Virus record (IMG/VR): IMGVR_UViG_3300036768_000279
Coordinates: 1 to 64,000 of that record
Direction: 5' to 3' (one strand)
DNA from: a virus
DNA: 64,000 nucleotides
The notes under the pieces: model-generated
Database searches by the model: none
What the model saw: the letters and a program-made list of their open reading frames with translations, nothing else
What the model was told of the DNA's origin: nothing
In this document: piece by piece, positions 25,106 through 35,245 of the stretch
Layout of the letters: the number at the start of each line of letters is the position of its first letter
How positions within the stretch are numbered: the stretch's first letter is position 1
Program-made: the position numbers and the translations under genes

Positions 25106-27568
25106 ATGGCAAAACGCACCAACTCACGCAGTCAAGTATCGTCTAATAGAGCATCGCCTCAAGCGATGTTAGCCGCTACTCAACGCTCGAATGGCCGCGA
25201 GCCTCAAAAGTCTATGGGCTATTTTTATGGCAACATGGGCGACAGTATTGAGCGTCGCTACAGCGGTCTAGATGGTAGTCCGAATGCTGGCTTCGGTGGC
25301 GGTAGTGACTGGGGCCAAGGTACCCTCGGTGCCGGTACATCCTGGAATGCACAGGGTTACGGCAACTACTTTGGCACTGGTTTGCTCAATGGCTATGGTC
25401 GCATGTTCGGTGGTGCTGCCGCTGGTGGAGCGGCTGGTGGATTTACCTACCTAAAGCGTTTCTCTTCAAACGCCGCATTCAATCACCAGATCATTGCCCA
25501 ATGCCATATGGCATATCTGGGATACGGTATCGTTCGCAACATCGTAGATCTGTATGCAGACTTTGCCACCGAGGGCATCGATATCGAGCACCCGGACGCA
25601 TCGGTACGTAATTTCTACAGAACTTGGGCACGTAAGATTGGTCTTGAGGAACGTTGTCATAACATGTTCCTCAATCTCTTCGTTTCAGGCCAAACGTTCG
25701 TGCATCGTCGCTGGGCAACGCTTGATGATAATGAAAAGCGTGCTATGAAGCGTTCTGAGGCTTCTGAGAACATTGGCGACACTCTTGTGGTACGTGGCAA
25801 GTCCAAGGACTTGACGATTGAAGGCAGCGAAGAGGGGTTCATTGATTGGTTCCTTTCTAAGAAGGGGACGGAATACATCAATGATCTAACCAAAGCCGAG
25901 AAGGCTATTGGTAAAGCCCCGCCTTCTGCTACAGAGGAAAAGCTACCTAAGAACGAAGGCAAGCAAATTCCTTGGGGCTACACATTCCTCAATCCATTGC
26001 AGATGGAAATGCGTGGCCGCAAGATTAGTGGCGACTCTTACTGGGTTATGGCCCTTGATAAGCGAGACGCTCTTGATGTTGCTCGCGGACTTGGAATGAG
26101 AACGACACAGGACTTGGGGACAACTCAAGTCAACATTCCGCGTGAGTTCTTGTCACGTATAAATGCTTATCAAGGCCCCGGTGCTGGATACGCGGCTGAG
26201 ATCAAGCTTTCAAAGGAAGAGTTGAGCGTTGTTCAAGCTCCAGGCAAATGGGATTGGTTTGACTGGGCCGTGCCGTTTGTCTATCCATGTTTGCGTGCAT
26301 TGTATTTCAAGGACTGTTTGCGTACGATGGAAATTCGTGCATGTCAGTCTATCGTCAATGCCGTCTTTTTGTACAAGCTTGGCAATATGGAAAAGGGTAT
26401 GCCAGCCGAAGAAGAACACTTCGAGCGTTTGGCAGACATGCTCCAGATGCCTGGATCGGTGATGAACATTCTCTGGAACGAGAACATCACTGCGGAAGTA
26501 ATTCAGCCTAAGGTCGAGGGCATTTTTGATATCGACAAGCATAAGTCTGCTGATCATGACATCATGACGGCACTTGGCGTGCCGGAAGTTTTGATTGGCG
26601 GCGGTGGCGGCAACTTCTCAAATTCGTTCATTGCGGTTTCGACCGTACTTGAACGTCTTGAGTCGTATCGTAATCGCGTCAAAGACTGGATCATGGGAGA
26701 AATGAAGATCATCGCCGATGCGATGGGCTTCCAAAAACTCCCAACTATTCGTTTTGGCAGAACAAGTCTTCAAGATGAGAGGGCTTACCAAGCCTTCGTC
26801 ACTGGTCTATATGACCGTAACATTTTGTCTGCCGATACAGTTCTTCGTGAACTAGACACGGACGTTGCTACTGAAGTCGCGAAGATGCAAGAAGAGAATG
26901 AATTGCGTGGCGAGGGCGTCCTTGAAATGCGTGGGCCGTTCGTCAGACCTGACAATAAGGATGGCGTACCTCAACCTCCGTCACCGCCAGCCGCTCCTGC
27001 TGGACCGGGCGGAGCCAAGAAACCAAAGACTCCAAAGACGCCAAATGGTCGTCCGATTGGCACACCAACTGGCCCAACTGGCAAGCAGGGCAATCCTCGT
27101 AAGCCGAAGGGGCAGGGTGTTGCAAAGCTTTCGAAACTATTGGCACTACACGACGAGCTTTCGGAGCGTGGACGTAACGTATTGGCACGCCTTGAAGACT
27201 TCATTGGCGAACGTGTGCTTCGTGCTAAAGCCAAGGACAATCCTGGTCTCAAGCACTTGAAGCAACTCAAATATGAAGAACGTGAGCGTTTGGAGCAGAT
27301 GATTTATAACGTATTCAGTCACATGCCTGCACCAGACAGCGACTCTTCTTTGAGTGATGATTTTATTATCAACATGCTTCGTTCTGATGCATCTGAAACA
27401 GTTAAAGCTGATGTCTTGAACATCTATACGGACAAAGTTGCACAGTACAGCAAATCGTATGGCAAAGCTCCTACCCGGGAAATGCGTCGCCAATTTATGG
27501 TGTCTGCATGGACGCAAAAAGCCATTAAGGAACACATCGCTCAAAAACCTGATTTACTCAGATCATAG
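25106..27568 (+). CDS. portal protein
   Basis: Position after TerL; GIVRNIVDLYADFATEGI, ALGVPEVLIGG...NFSN; Pro-rich C-terminal extension. Confidence 0.85.
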   Translation: MAKRTNSRSQVSSNRASPQAMLAATQRSNGREPQKSMGYFYGNMGDSIERRYSGLDGSPNAGFGGGSDWGQGTLGAGTSWNAQGYGNYFGTGLLNGYGRMFGGAAAGGAAGGFTYLKRFSSNAAFNHQIIAQCHMAYLGYGIVRNIVDLYADFATEGIDIEHPDASVRNFYRTWARKIGLEERCHNMFLNLFVSGQTFVHRRWATLDDNEKRAMKRSEASENIGDTLVVRGKSKDLTIEGSEEGFIDWFLSKKGTEYINDLTKAEKAIGKAPPSATEEKLPKNEGKQIPWGYTFLNPLQMEMRGRKISGDSYWVMALDKRDALDVARGLGMRTTQDLGTTQVNIPREFLSRINAYQGPGAGYAAEIKLSKEELSVVQAPGKWDWFDWAVPFVYPCLRALYFKDCLRTMEIRACQSIVNAVFLYKLGNMEKGMPAEEEHFERLADMLQMPGSVMNILWNENITAEVIQPKVEGIFDIDKHKSADHDIMTALGVPEVLIGGGGGNFSNSFIAVSTVLERLESYRNRVKDWIMGEMKIIADAMGFQKLPTIRFGRTSLQDERAYQAFVTGLYDRNILSADTVLRELDTDVATEVAKMQEENELRGEGVLEMRGPFVRPDNKDGVPQPPSPPAAPAGPGGAKKPKTPKTPNGRPIGTPTGPTGKQGNPRKPKGQGVAKLSKLLALHDELSERGRNVLARLEDFIGERVLRAKAKDNPGLKHLKQLKYEERERLEQMIYNVFSHMPAPDSDSSLSDDFIINMLRSDASETVKADVLNIYTDKVAQYSKSYGKAPTREMRRQFMVSAWTQKAIKEHIAQKPDLLRS

Positions 27569-27570
27569 TT

Positions 27571-27580
27571 TTAGAGTATT
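27571..27580 (+). promoter_or_regulatory. putative late promoter (variant), leaderless
   Basis: TTAGAGTA then 9 nt to ATG 27588. Confidence 0.65.
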
Positions 27581-27587
27581 CTAGGTT

Positions 27588-28511
27588 ATGGACAAAGCTA
27601 CTGCCAAGATCGTCAAGAAGGGCGACAAGTGGTGTGTCTACTCCGAGGACGGTACTAAGAACCTTGGCTGTTCAAAGACAAGGGAAGGTGCCGTAAAACG
27701 CCTCCAACAGATTGAGTATTTTAAGCACACCAAAGGAAACGCAATGAACTACGAACAAGCATTTCGCAACATGGCCAAGTCTCTGTCTCCCGGAGACATT
27801 AAGCCTAACGAGATTGGTCAGGCCCCCGAGGCTCGTCCTCGTCAAGTGCATGTGCCTTCTGATTCGATCACGGAAGGATTCAGTAGCGGTAGCATTGCTG
27901 GACAAGGATCTCCTCGTCTTTTAGACAAGAAGGATCACTTCCCGGTCTTTACTGAGACCCAAGCACGTTCAAGCATGTCGCGTGCTATGCAGTTGACGGA
28001 AGTACCAGTTTGGTATAGCGGCTCTCTTGACGATCTTCGCAAGGAAGTCTATGCTGGCATTGCCAAAGCCCATCCTACACTAGTTGACATTGAAGTTAAC
28101 GTTCCAGCTTCGCGTATCGTTGCTCTATCTGATGGTATGATACCAGCCGAAACAGGCAAAAAGAGCATTGATAATCCCGCTGACGTACAGAAGAGCTTGG
28201 TTCCTCAAGTCAAGCGTCCGACGATTACAACAGCCGAAGTTGCCAAGGCATGCGAAAACGAACAAGCACGTATTGCTATTGCTGGCAAGCTGCTTGAATA
28301 TATTGAGCAGCAAGAAGCAGATATTGGCCACGCCAAGAAAATGGCTCAAACACTTCTCAAGAAGGGGCTATCGGCCGAACAGTTTGACGCTCTCAGCACA
28401 TATCTTCAGAGCGATATTCTACGCGAATTGCTGTACAATCAATCGACAGCCAATGCAGAAGCCTCTGTTGAAGATCGCCGTCGTGCCCTTCTTGATCGTT
28501 TGAAGCAATAA
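27588..28511 (+). CDS. head-module hypothetical protein
   Basis: N-terminal KKGDKWCVYSEDGTKNLGC...KRLQQIEYFKH domain typical of phage head-region proteins. Confidence 0.75.
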   Translation: MDKATAKIVKKGDKWCVYSEDGTKNLGCSKTREGAVKRLQQIEYFKHTKGNAMNYEQAFRNMAKSLSPGDIKPNEIGQAPEARPRQVHVPSDSITEGFSSGSIAGQGSPRLLDKKDHFPVFTETQARSSMSRAMQLTEVPVWYSGSLDDLRKEVYAGIAKAHPTLVDIEVNVPASRIVALSDGMIPAETGKKSIDNPADVQKSLVPQVKRPTITTAEVAKACENEQARIAIAGKLLEYIEQQEADIGHAKKMAQTLLKKGLSAEQFDALSTYLQSDILRELLYNQSTANAEASVEDRRRALLDRLKQ

Positions 28512-28520
28512 GAGGCAAAG

Positions 28521-29024
28521 ATGAATGCCAAGATCAACTCTCAATTGATGGCATTGCTGTCGGCGACGGTTGATCTACGTCTGTCTTCACACATGATCCA
28601 TCTTAATACAGTTGGGTCTACATCATATCAAAATCATCTACTAACACAGCGTGTATATGAACATTTGGATGGTGCTGTAGATGATATCGGCGAACACATT
28701 CGTACGCTTGGACTATTCATCCCGGACTCACCGAAGGCATTGATCTCTGGCTCATTCTTGAAGCCAATTGGCGACTATACAGACGCCTCCAATGCAATGT
28801 CAGCACTAGCAGATTCTTTGGCACAAATTCGTGACAAATGGAATCAGCTTTCTACCGATGCTACCAACGCAGAAGACCAACTCACTGCCGACTTCGCCGC
28901 AGGCGAAGGACGCGAGATTGCCAAACTTGCTTATCTTGTTTCAAGCACTGTTGGCAAATCATCTGCAAGCGTCATGTATAGCGATTCAGCTTTCAAACTC
29001 GTTGCGGAAAAGAAGGTGAAGTAA
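28521..29024 (+). CDS. dps: Dps-like ferritin-superfamily protein
   Basis: HMIHLNTVG..YQNHLL...YEHL...DDIGEHIRTLG, DQLTADF; ferroxidase His/His/Asp/Glu retained. Confidence 0.8.
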   Translation: MNAKINSQLMALLSATVDLRLSSHMIHLNTVGSTSYQNHLLTQRVYEHLDGAVDDIGEHIRTLGLFIPDSPKALISGSFLKPIGDYTDASNAMSALADSLAQIRDKWNQLSTDATNAEDQLTADFAAGEGREIAKLAYLVSSTVGKSSASVMYSDSAFKLVAEKKVK

Positions 29025-29263
29025 TGGCAGCTCCCCTAAATGCTGGATTCAGGAATAACATCAACGTCATTCAACTTCGTTCGAGCGGCACGAGCTTGCA
29101 GCGTGTGACTGATCGTACAATTGGAGCATTGACTCCACTTGCTACGGATCCGCCGTCTCCTGCTGGCGTTTCGCGTTCAGTCATCAAGACTACCGTAGAT
29201 ACCGATGGTGGTGTTGAGCATCGTACACAATTGGCTGCGATCTACACAGAAGGTGGCAACTGA
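29024..29263 (+). CDS. hypothetical protein
   Basis: TAATG/TGATG coupled. Confidence 0.7.
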   Translation: MAAPLNAGFRNNINVIQLRSSGTSLQRVTDRTIGALTPLATDPPSPAGVSRSVIKTTVDTDGGVEHRTQLAAIYTEGGN

Positions 29264-29727
29264 TGTGGAAGCGTGAATATCTTGAACGCAATCGCGGCTT
29301 GCAGGCCGATGTGTTCAGCGACGCAATGAAGAGGGCCGCTGGTGCAAATCCTGTCATTACTGATAAGATTAAGCATGGTGGCGTTCCTGAAACTCCCGGT
29401 ACGGACATTGCTGATCCGTATGCTTCTCTTTTGAAGCCGAAGAATGTTCCTGTTTGGGATCATTTGCCAGCCACCCCAGAAGAAGAAGCTATCTATGCCG
29501 GTACGCACATTCATGCTGAATCCAATCCTCTCGGATTGCATTCTCATGTCATTGGTGGTAAATTGAGCGGTGGCCATAGTCACGGACCTCAGAACCGTTT
29601 TGGTGCCCACCATCATAAGAGTGGTGCCATTGAAATGTCGGTTTCTATCGACGGTGCCCACGTTCACGAGGCTGGCCGTAATCACCCAGACGGCGAGCAC
29701 GAGCACTGCCCGGAGAATTTCGGCTGA
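29263..29727 (+). CDS. His-rich putative metal-binding protein
   Basis: Repeated G-x-H-x-H: GTHIH, GLHSH, GGHSH, GAHHH, GAHVH, GEHEH. Confidence 0.75.
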   Translation: MWKREYLERNRGLQADVFSDAMKRAAGANPVITDKIKHGGVPETPGTDIADPYASLLKPKNVPVWDHLPATPEEEAIYAGTHIHAESNPLGLHSHVIGGKLSGGHSHGPQNRFGAHHHKSGAIEMSVSIDGAHVHEAGRNHPDGEHEHCPENFG

Positions 29728-29740
29728 GTCTAACCCGCTT

Positions 29741-29750
29741 TTAGTTTATT
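29741..29750 (+). promoter_or_regulatory. putative late promoter (variant)
   Basis: TTAGTTTA-TT, 12 nt before ATG 29761. Confidence 0.5.
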
Positions 29751-29760
29751 GGTATACGGG

Positions 29761-31659
29761 ATGAAATACAAGACCCAGCTAGTTTCTAAGGCGACACTGC
29801 TACAACCTCAGACAGATAAGTATAAGTCTGTGGCGTCGTCGCTTAAGGGCAAATACGGCTTTGATCTAAAGCCGCAAATGGATCTTTTGTATCTCGAATC
29901 ATGTCTCGTTTCTGCTGGTGTACGAGTCGGTGTAAACGATAACGATGACATCTTCACTCGCGAAGAGTGCTGGGCTGCTCGTCAGACTCCTGTGTTGAAG
30001 CCTTTTAATTGGCAACATCAGGACAAAGACATTGTGGGTGTTATCTACACGGTTCAGGCTCGTGACCTGAATGGAAACGTTCTTGACATCGATAGCGAGA
30101 CGGTGCCGGACACCGACTTTGATCTTTGGACAGAAGCAGTCATCTTCCGTTTGATTCATCCAGATCGTGCCCGCGAGGTTGAAGCTCGTTCGAAGACTAA
30201 CGATCTGTTTGTGTCTATGGAAGCATGGTTTGACGACTACAGCTATGGGCTGTATGGCAGCAATGGTCTAGCCAAGATCGTCGCTAGAAATGAGAAAACC
30301 GCCTTCCTTGATAAGCACTTGCGTGCCGCCGGGGGAGTCGGGAAATACCATGACCCTGAGTCGGGTCAGGATATGCGGATTGGTCGCGTCCTACATTCTA
30401 TTACGTTCGGCGGATGTGGTTTGGTAGACCATCCAGCAAATAAGCGTTCGGTAATCACAACTGTTGATGTGGTTCCGAACACAAGTGAGCAAGATGAGAT
30501 CGAACTCTTTCTGCAAAAAGTAATGGAATCGGAAGCACGTCCTTCACAGGAGTTAGCCGTAATGAACACTCAAGCGAATGTAAAGCCCGACGAAATCAAG
30601 ACGGCTATTGAATCCGTACTTGACAGTCGTGAGCAGGCGGCAGCTAAGGCAGCCGCAGAACAAGCCCTACAGGCCCGTGCAGCCACAGCAGAAGCAATGA
30701 GCAAGGAACTCGAAGCTAAGAATGCTGAGCTGAACAAGGCACTCGAAGTTAAGAACCAAGAAGTCAAGTCTTTGAATGACCAGACTGCTGCGTACGACGC
30801 CGCCGTCAAGAAGTTGATCGAAGAGCATGTGACTGCTGGTGCAACTAATGACGTACCGCCGGAGATCGCGAAGATCGACGCCGCTAAGACAGGCGAAGAG
30901 GCTTTCAAGGCCAAGATCGCTTGGATTCAGAATTCGCTCGCTTCTCTCCGCACTCGTGCTGCTCGTGCAGCCGAACTGGAAGCAAAGCTCGCCGAAGCCG
31001 AAATGGTCGTTCGCGAGCAGGACGTGCGTTCGCTGTTGGGCGATGTAATGTCAGAAGAGGCGGTTGAGACGTTTGTGGCACATGCCGCAACGCTGGACGC
31101 CGAAACTTATTCGCATTGGCGTGACGAGAAGGAACTGATGGTTATCGAAATGGCTAAGGCCGCTAAGAAGGCTATGGATGAAGAAACCGATCCGAACGAA
31201 GCGGAGCCGGATGCCGATGAGGATGACGCTCCGTTCAAGAAGGGCAAAAAGAATATGAAGAAGGACGCAAAGGCCAGCAATCCGTTCGCGGCTCTGTTGG
31301 CAAAGTATCGTTCAGAGAGTCAGGCCGACGCAGACACCTCAAAGGTGACTAACGGCGACCCTCTGATTAATCATCCAGGTGGAGAAGGCATCAAGAGTGG
31401 TGTCAACCCTGGACAATTGAAGACACCGCGTCACAAGATCGCTGGTGGTGCCGCCGGGAACGATCCTTTGAAGGTGCTGGAAACAGCGAAGCCTAAGAAT
31501 GGCGTTTCTCTTGCCGGTGCCTCTCAAGCTGGTGGCGAGGGTGAGAGTGTGAATCCGTTCCGCGTGCTCGCGGGATTGGTGACAGACTCTACGCAAGAGA
31601 GTGAAGACAGTGAAACCAAGCCTGAGGCCAAGAAGCCGGGCTTTGATCCCGTTCAGTAA
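29761..31659 (+). CDS. prohead protease / scaffold fusion
   Basis: N-terminal NDNDDIF, PFNWQH, VSME, FGGCGLVDHPAN; coiled-coil and acidic C-half; upstream of capsid genes. Confidence 0.8.
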   Translation: MKYKTQLVSKATLLQPQTDKYKSVASSLKGKYGFDLKPQMDLLYLESCLVSAGVRVGVNDNDDIFTREECWAARQTPVLKPFNWQHQDKDIVGVIYTVQARDLNGNVLDIDSETVPDTDFDLWTEAVIFRLIHPDRAREVEARSKTNDLFVSMEAWFDDYSYGLYGSNGLAKIVARNEKTAFLDKHLRAAGGVGKYHDPESGQDMRIGRVLHSITFGGCGLVDHPANKRSVITTVDVVPNTSEQDEIELFLQKVMESEARPSQELAVMNTQANVKPDEIKTAIESVLDSREQAAAKAAAEQALQARAATAEAMSKELEAKNAELNKALEVKNQEVKSLNDQTAAYDAAVKKLIEEHVTAGATNDVPPEIAKIDAAKTGEEAFKAKIAWIQNSLASLRTRAARAAELEAKLAEAEMVVREQDVRSLLGDVMSEEAVETFVAHAATLDAETYSHWRDEKELMVIEMAKAAKKAMDEETDPNEAEPDADEDDAPFKKGKKNMKKDAKASNPFAALLAKYRSESQADADTSKVTNGDPLINHPGGEGIKSGVNPGQLKTPRHKIAGGAAGNDPLKVLETAKPKNGVSLAGASQAGGEGESVNPFRVLAGLVTDSTQESEDSETKPEAKKPGFDPVQ

Positions 31660-31672
31660 GGAGTAAGAAACT

Positions 31673-32158
31673 ATGGCACTACTACCTAGTCGTCAAGTTT
31701 TCCAGACATTTGTCGATGGCACTTGTTCTGGTGTGTCTGAACGCGGCGGTATCATGTCGTTCGTTCCCGGTGTTGCAGGGCTTGTAGCCTATGCAAACGC
31801 TGCTGCTGTCTCTGGTCAGCTTGTTCAACCACTTGGTCTCTTGATGGACGATGTTGAGAATCTCAACAACTACAACCATCCTGAGTACCGTCAGCGTAAC
31901 GTTGTTACGCAGGGCAGCGTGGTTGGCATCTGCACAGAAGGTGAATTCTGGACTGACTTTGTGGAAACGACTGGACCGGGCAATATCCCGGTTGGTACGT
32001 ACGCCCCAGGGGACGTTCTCTATCTCGCAGACAACGGCAACGTTTCTCGTAACAACGGAACGTTCAACAATGGTGCTACTGCGAAGCGTTATGTCGTTGG
32101 TAAGGCCCTGTCTGCCCTTGGCAGCGACGGATTCCTAAAGGTCCGTATTGACCTCTGA
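31673..32158 (+). CDS. head decoration/cement protein
   Basis: Immediately before MCP; PLGLLMDDV, GDVLYL...G, VVGKALS...DGFLKVRIDL. Confidence 0.7.
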   Translation: MALLPSRQVFQTFVDGTCSGVSERGGIMSFVPGVAGLVAYANAAAVSGQLVQPLGLLMDDVENLNNYNHPEYRQRNVVTQGSVVGICTEGEFWTDFVETTGPGNIPVGTYAPGDVLYLADNGNVSRNNGTFNNGATAKRYVVGKALSALGSDGFLKVRIDL

Positions 32159-32170
32159 TAGGAGCATGAC

Positions 32171-33208
32171 ATGAATTTCCAACGTTATCCGCAAGAAGCA
32201 ATTGATGCACTGCGTGCTACGGCTCACGCCGATAGTGAAGTGCGTGCAAAGGCCCAGAAGGCGTTTGCTGCCGAGTTGCAGTGGCCGCTCCGTCAGGGCG
32301 TGTTCGATCGTGACAACCTCGGTGGAATCTACGAAAAGCAGGTTCTCGCACCGGGTGCCCAGGCAAACTACCCGCTTGACTTCGTGAAGCCGGGTGATGA
32401 AGATCAGTTCATCGCCTTCGCTATGCCGAAGCAGGGTCGCGTTCCTGAGCGTCACGTTGAGGGAGACGAGTTGTGGGTTCCGACCTTCCAGATCGCGAAC
32501 TCAATCGACTGGTCTTTGAAGTATGCCAAAGAAGCACGTTTCGACGTTATCATGCGTGCTATCCGCGTGTACGAAGCTGGCTTTGTTCGCAAGATCAACA
32601 GCGACGGTTGGCGTACCATCCTTGGTGCGGCTGATGGCCGTGGCATGGTAGTGACGGCAAACGGATCGGCCCCGTTCACTGGATCGACGCTTGTTCCTAC
32701 TGCGGCTGCTGGACAGTTCACCAAGGAACTGATCAGCCGCATGAAGACGGCGATGACTCGTGGTGCTGGTGGTAACGGTAACGCAGGTCGCTTGACCGAC
32801 GTTTACCTATCCATGGAAGCCATGGAAGACATTCGTGCTTGGGACGTGGATGAGATCGACGAGTTCACTCGTCGTGAGATCTTCGTTTCGAAGGAATACG
32901 GCCTAGCTCAGATCTACGGCGTTGTTCTGCACGAAATGACTGAGTTTGGTGAAGGACAGGAGTACGAGAACTTCTTGAAGACAACTCTTGCTCGTTCGCA
33001 CCAGACTGTCAACTCTGTCACGTTGAAGGAATACTGCATTGGTTTGGACTTGAGCACGATGGACTCATTCGTGATGCCGATTCGTGAAGAACTCCAGACC
33101 TATGAAGATCCGTCCCTCTACCGCGAACAGCGTGCGGGCATCTTCGGTTGGATGGAGCACGGCTTCGCCGTTCTCGATCCTCGCCGCGTGCTGATCGGCG
33201 AGTTCTGA
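32171..33208 (+). CDS. major capsid protein
   Basis: 345 aa, position, strong SD and codon bias, C-terminal GFAVLDPRRVLIGEF, terminator follows. Confidence 0.88.
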   Translation: MNFQRYPQEAIDALRATAHADSEVRAKAQKAFAAELQWPLRQGVFDRDNLGGIYEKQVLAPGAQANYPLDFVKPGDEDQFIAFAMPKQGRVPERHVEGDELWVPTFQIANSIDWSLKYAKEARFDVIMRAIRVYEAGFVRKINSDGWRTILGAADGRGMVVTANGSAPFTGSTLVPTAAAGQFTKELISRMKTAMTRGAGGNGNAGRLTDVYLSMEAMEDIRAWDVDEIDEFTRREIFVSKEYGLAQIYGVVLHEMTEFGEGQEYENFLKTTLARSHQTVNSVTLKEYCIGLDLSTMDSFVMPIREELQTYEDPSLYREQRAGIFGWMEHGFAVLDPRRVLIGEF

Positions 33209-33232
33209 TACTCGCTAGTCAGTGAATGACAC

Positions 33233-33263
33233 AAGGGCGGCGGCTACAAGCCGCCGCCCTTTT
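33233..33263 (+). terminator. intrinsic terminator after MCP
   Basis: AAGGGCGGCGGCT-ACA-AGCCGCCGCCCTT TT. Confidence 0.85.
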
Positions 33264-33265
33264 CA

Positions 33266-33275
33266 TTAGTGTACT
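33266..33275 (+). promoter_or_regulatory. putative late promoter
   Basis: TTAGTGTA-CT. Confidence 0.72.
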
Positions 33276-33296
33276 ATCTAACAGAAGGCGGATCAC

Positions 33297-34169
33297 ATGG
33301 CTGGCGAAACCAAAATCCTCACTGTCGGTCAGGCTGCATCAGCCCTTGACATTTTTCTATCCGCTAACGGTGCCGCTGTTAGTGGACAATATGTTGGGTT
33401 CCAGCTATTCGACGCAGCGAACGTCTCCGCAGTAAGTGGAGTGGCGTTAAATCCTGCACTTGGACAATACACTGGCTCTGGATTGATCCCAGCCGGATAC
33501 CAGCTTGGTAGTTGGCATATTGATTGGACTATCGTTACAGAGACAAATTCTGTTGTACGTGCCAGCGAACCATTCCAAGTTCAAGACCTAACAGTATCTA
33601 TTGGATTTGTGCCGCCAACGGACAAAACGGCTACCATCTACGACGCTGTACGCATTGACATTGGTGATCCAGAAGGTCATATTTTTGACGATAACTTCTT
33701 GCAGCACGTTTTGATCAAGGCCGTTCGAAGACTCAATCAGGCTCTTGGTCTGTCTCGTACTTCTAGACCAATAGGCATTCCGGGCGGATTCGGTGGCCCG
33801 AAGATTCAAGTTGCAGAACTGACTGTTGATGTTGAGGCTGGCACAATCTCCCCCAACAACGACGAGTTGTGCGATCTCATCATTTTGCAGATGGAATTCA
33901 TTATCATCACTAGTGAGACATCTGCACTAAAACGACTAGGTGCAGCTTTTGCTTCTGGTCCATTTGCAACTGTTGCTGGTGGTATTGGTAGTGAAGGTAT
34001 TTCTGTTACTAACGCTGATGGCGTAACAATCAATATCAGCACTGGTCGTTTGCAATTCCGTTCAACGCTACAACGTCTTGACGTTGAGACACGCGAAAAG
34101 GAACTAGAGACCGCAATCAAGCGTTTCCTAAGCAGAATGACCGGGAACATGGGCAAAATGATCTATTAA
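33297..34169 (+). CDS. head-tail adaptor-like protein
   Basis: Follows MCP; VRIDIGD...FDDNFL pattern. Confidence 0.65.
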   Translation: MAGETKILTVGQAASALDIFLSANGAAVSGQYVGFQLFDAANVSAVSGVALNPALGQYTGSGLIPAGYQLGSWHIDWTIVTETNSVVRASEPFQVQDLTVSIGFVPPTDKTATIYDAVRIDIGDPEGHIFDDNFLQHVLIKAVRRLNQALGLSRTSRPIGIPGGFGGPKIQVAELTVDVEAGTISPNNDELCDLIILQMEFIIITSETSALKRLGAAFASGPFATVAGGIGSEGISVTNADGVTINISTGRLQFRSTLQRLDVETREKELETAIKRFLSRMTGNMGKMIY

Positions 34170-34348
34170 TGTTTATTAAGAACTGCAAATACTGTCATGT
34201 CAGAGGCGGAAAACTAACTATTGATCATAAGCAACCAGTTTCTCGCGGAGGCACTGATAGTCCAGAAAATCTATGTGTCGCTTGTCATAAATGCAATTGT
34301 CGCAAGGGCAAGAAAACGGTAGCTGAATACATGGAGTATTTGTCATAA
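34169..34348 (+). CDS. minimal HNH endonuclease (59 aa, not in ORF track)
   Basis: CKYC...LTIDHKQPVSRGGTDSPENLCVACHKCNCRKG; TAATG-coupled at both ends. Confidence 0.85.
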   Translation: MFIKNCKYCHVRGGKLTIDHKQPVSRGGTDSPENLCVACHKCNCRKGKKTVAEYMEYLS

Positions 34349-34689
34349 TGCTAGTTCACGCTCGAACCCCCCGCGGCATTCTCTACCTGAACAATGAACC
34401 AATTTACGGTAGAGAGACTGGCCGCGATCCTGCCGATGTCTCGTTCGCAGTATATGAGGCATGCAAGGATTGTTTGGAAGACGCAACATACCGCGAAGGC
34501 TATTTGCGAGAAAAGTTTGGATGGACTCAAGGCGAAATCGCATTTACTTACGGCGAATTAAGATGGTTGCCGGAAAGTACACTTCGTAAAATCGCTAAAG
34601 GCATGGGCCTTAATGAGGCTAAGCGTACAACTTCAAAGCAACTAGTTGAAGATATCAAAAGAGCACTAAGGGATGTCGTTAAGACCTGA
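34348..34689 (+). CDS. hypothetical protein with C-terminal HeH/Rho-N-like motif
   Basis: ESTLRKIAKGMGL...KQLVEDIK. Confidence 0.65.
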   Translation: MLVHARTPRGILYLNNEPIYGRETGRDPADVSFAVYEACKDCLEDATYREGYLREKFGWTQGEIAFTYGELRWLPESTLRKIAKGMGLNEAKRTTSKQLVEDIKRALRDVVKT

Positions 34690-35245
34690 AAGACAGACTC
34701 AACAAGTTAACATTGACTACCAGTGTCCATGGACACAGGAGCGTGGTGGTATTTTGAGTTGGGTACAGGCTTCTGGTATTTACTTCGCAGAATACGCCTT
34801 CAATCCTAGCGGTGTTCATTCGATTGGAATTCAGCTAAACGATGTTGAGAATGTGAATATGACACGTCAGCCATTTCAGCAATACATTCGCAACATCGAC
34901 ATACCGATGGCTAGAGTTGGCGTAGCTACTCAGGGAGATTTTTTGACTGACTGGGTTTATCCCGTTGGTACAATCAATCCGGGAGATTTGGCGTATGCTG
35001 GCCCAAGCGGAATGATCACAAATTCTGCGTCTTTTGGCGGCGAAGTGGTTGGCAAATTCTTGAGCGTTCTAACACCCAAGCCTCATACTGTTACATTGCG
35101 TGGCATGGGATTCTCACGCCAGTATATCGACACTACCAAACCTTCTAAGCCACTTATCTGGGAAAACAATCCAGCGGATGCGATCCGTTTGGCGACGCCC
35201 GGATTCATTAAGGTACGCATTGATATGGGAGCGAGTCTAAGATAA
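34673..35245 (+). CDS. decoration-protein paralog
   Basis: Shares ERGGI, NDVEN, GxFxTD, PGD and GFxKVRID with 31673-32158. Confidence 0.75.
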   Translation: MSLRPERQTQQVNIDYQCPWTQERGGILSWVQASGIYFAEYAFNPSGVHSIGIQLNDVENVNMTRQPFQQYIRNIDIPMARVGVATQGDFLTDWVYPVGTINPGDLAYAGPSGMITNSASFGGEVVGKFLSVLTPKPHTVTLRGMGFSRQYIDTTKPSKPLIWENNPADAIRLATPGFIKVRIDMGASLR

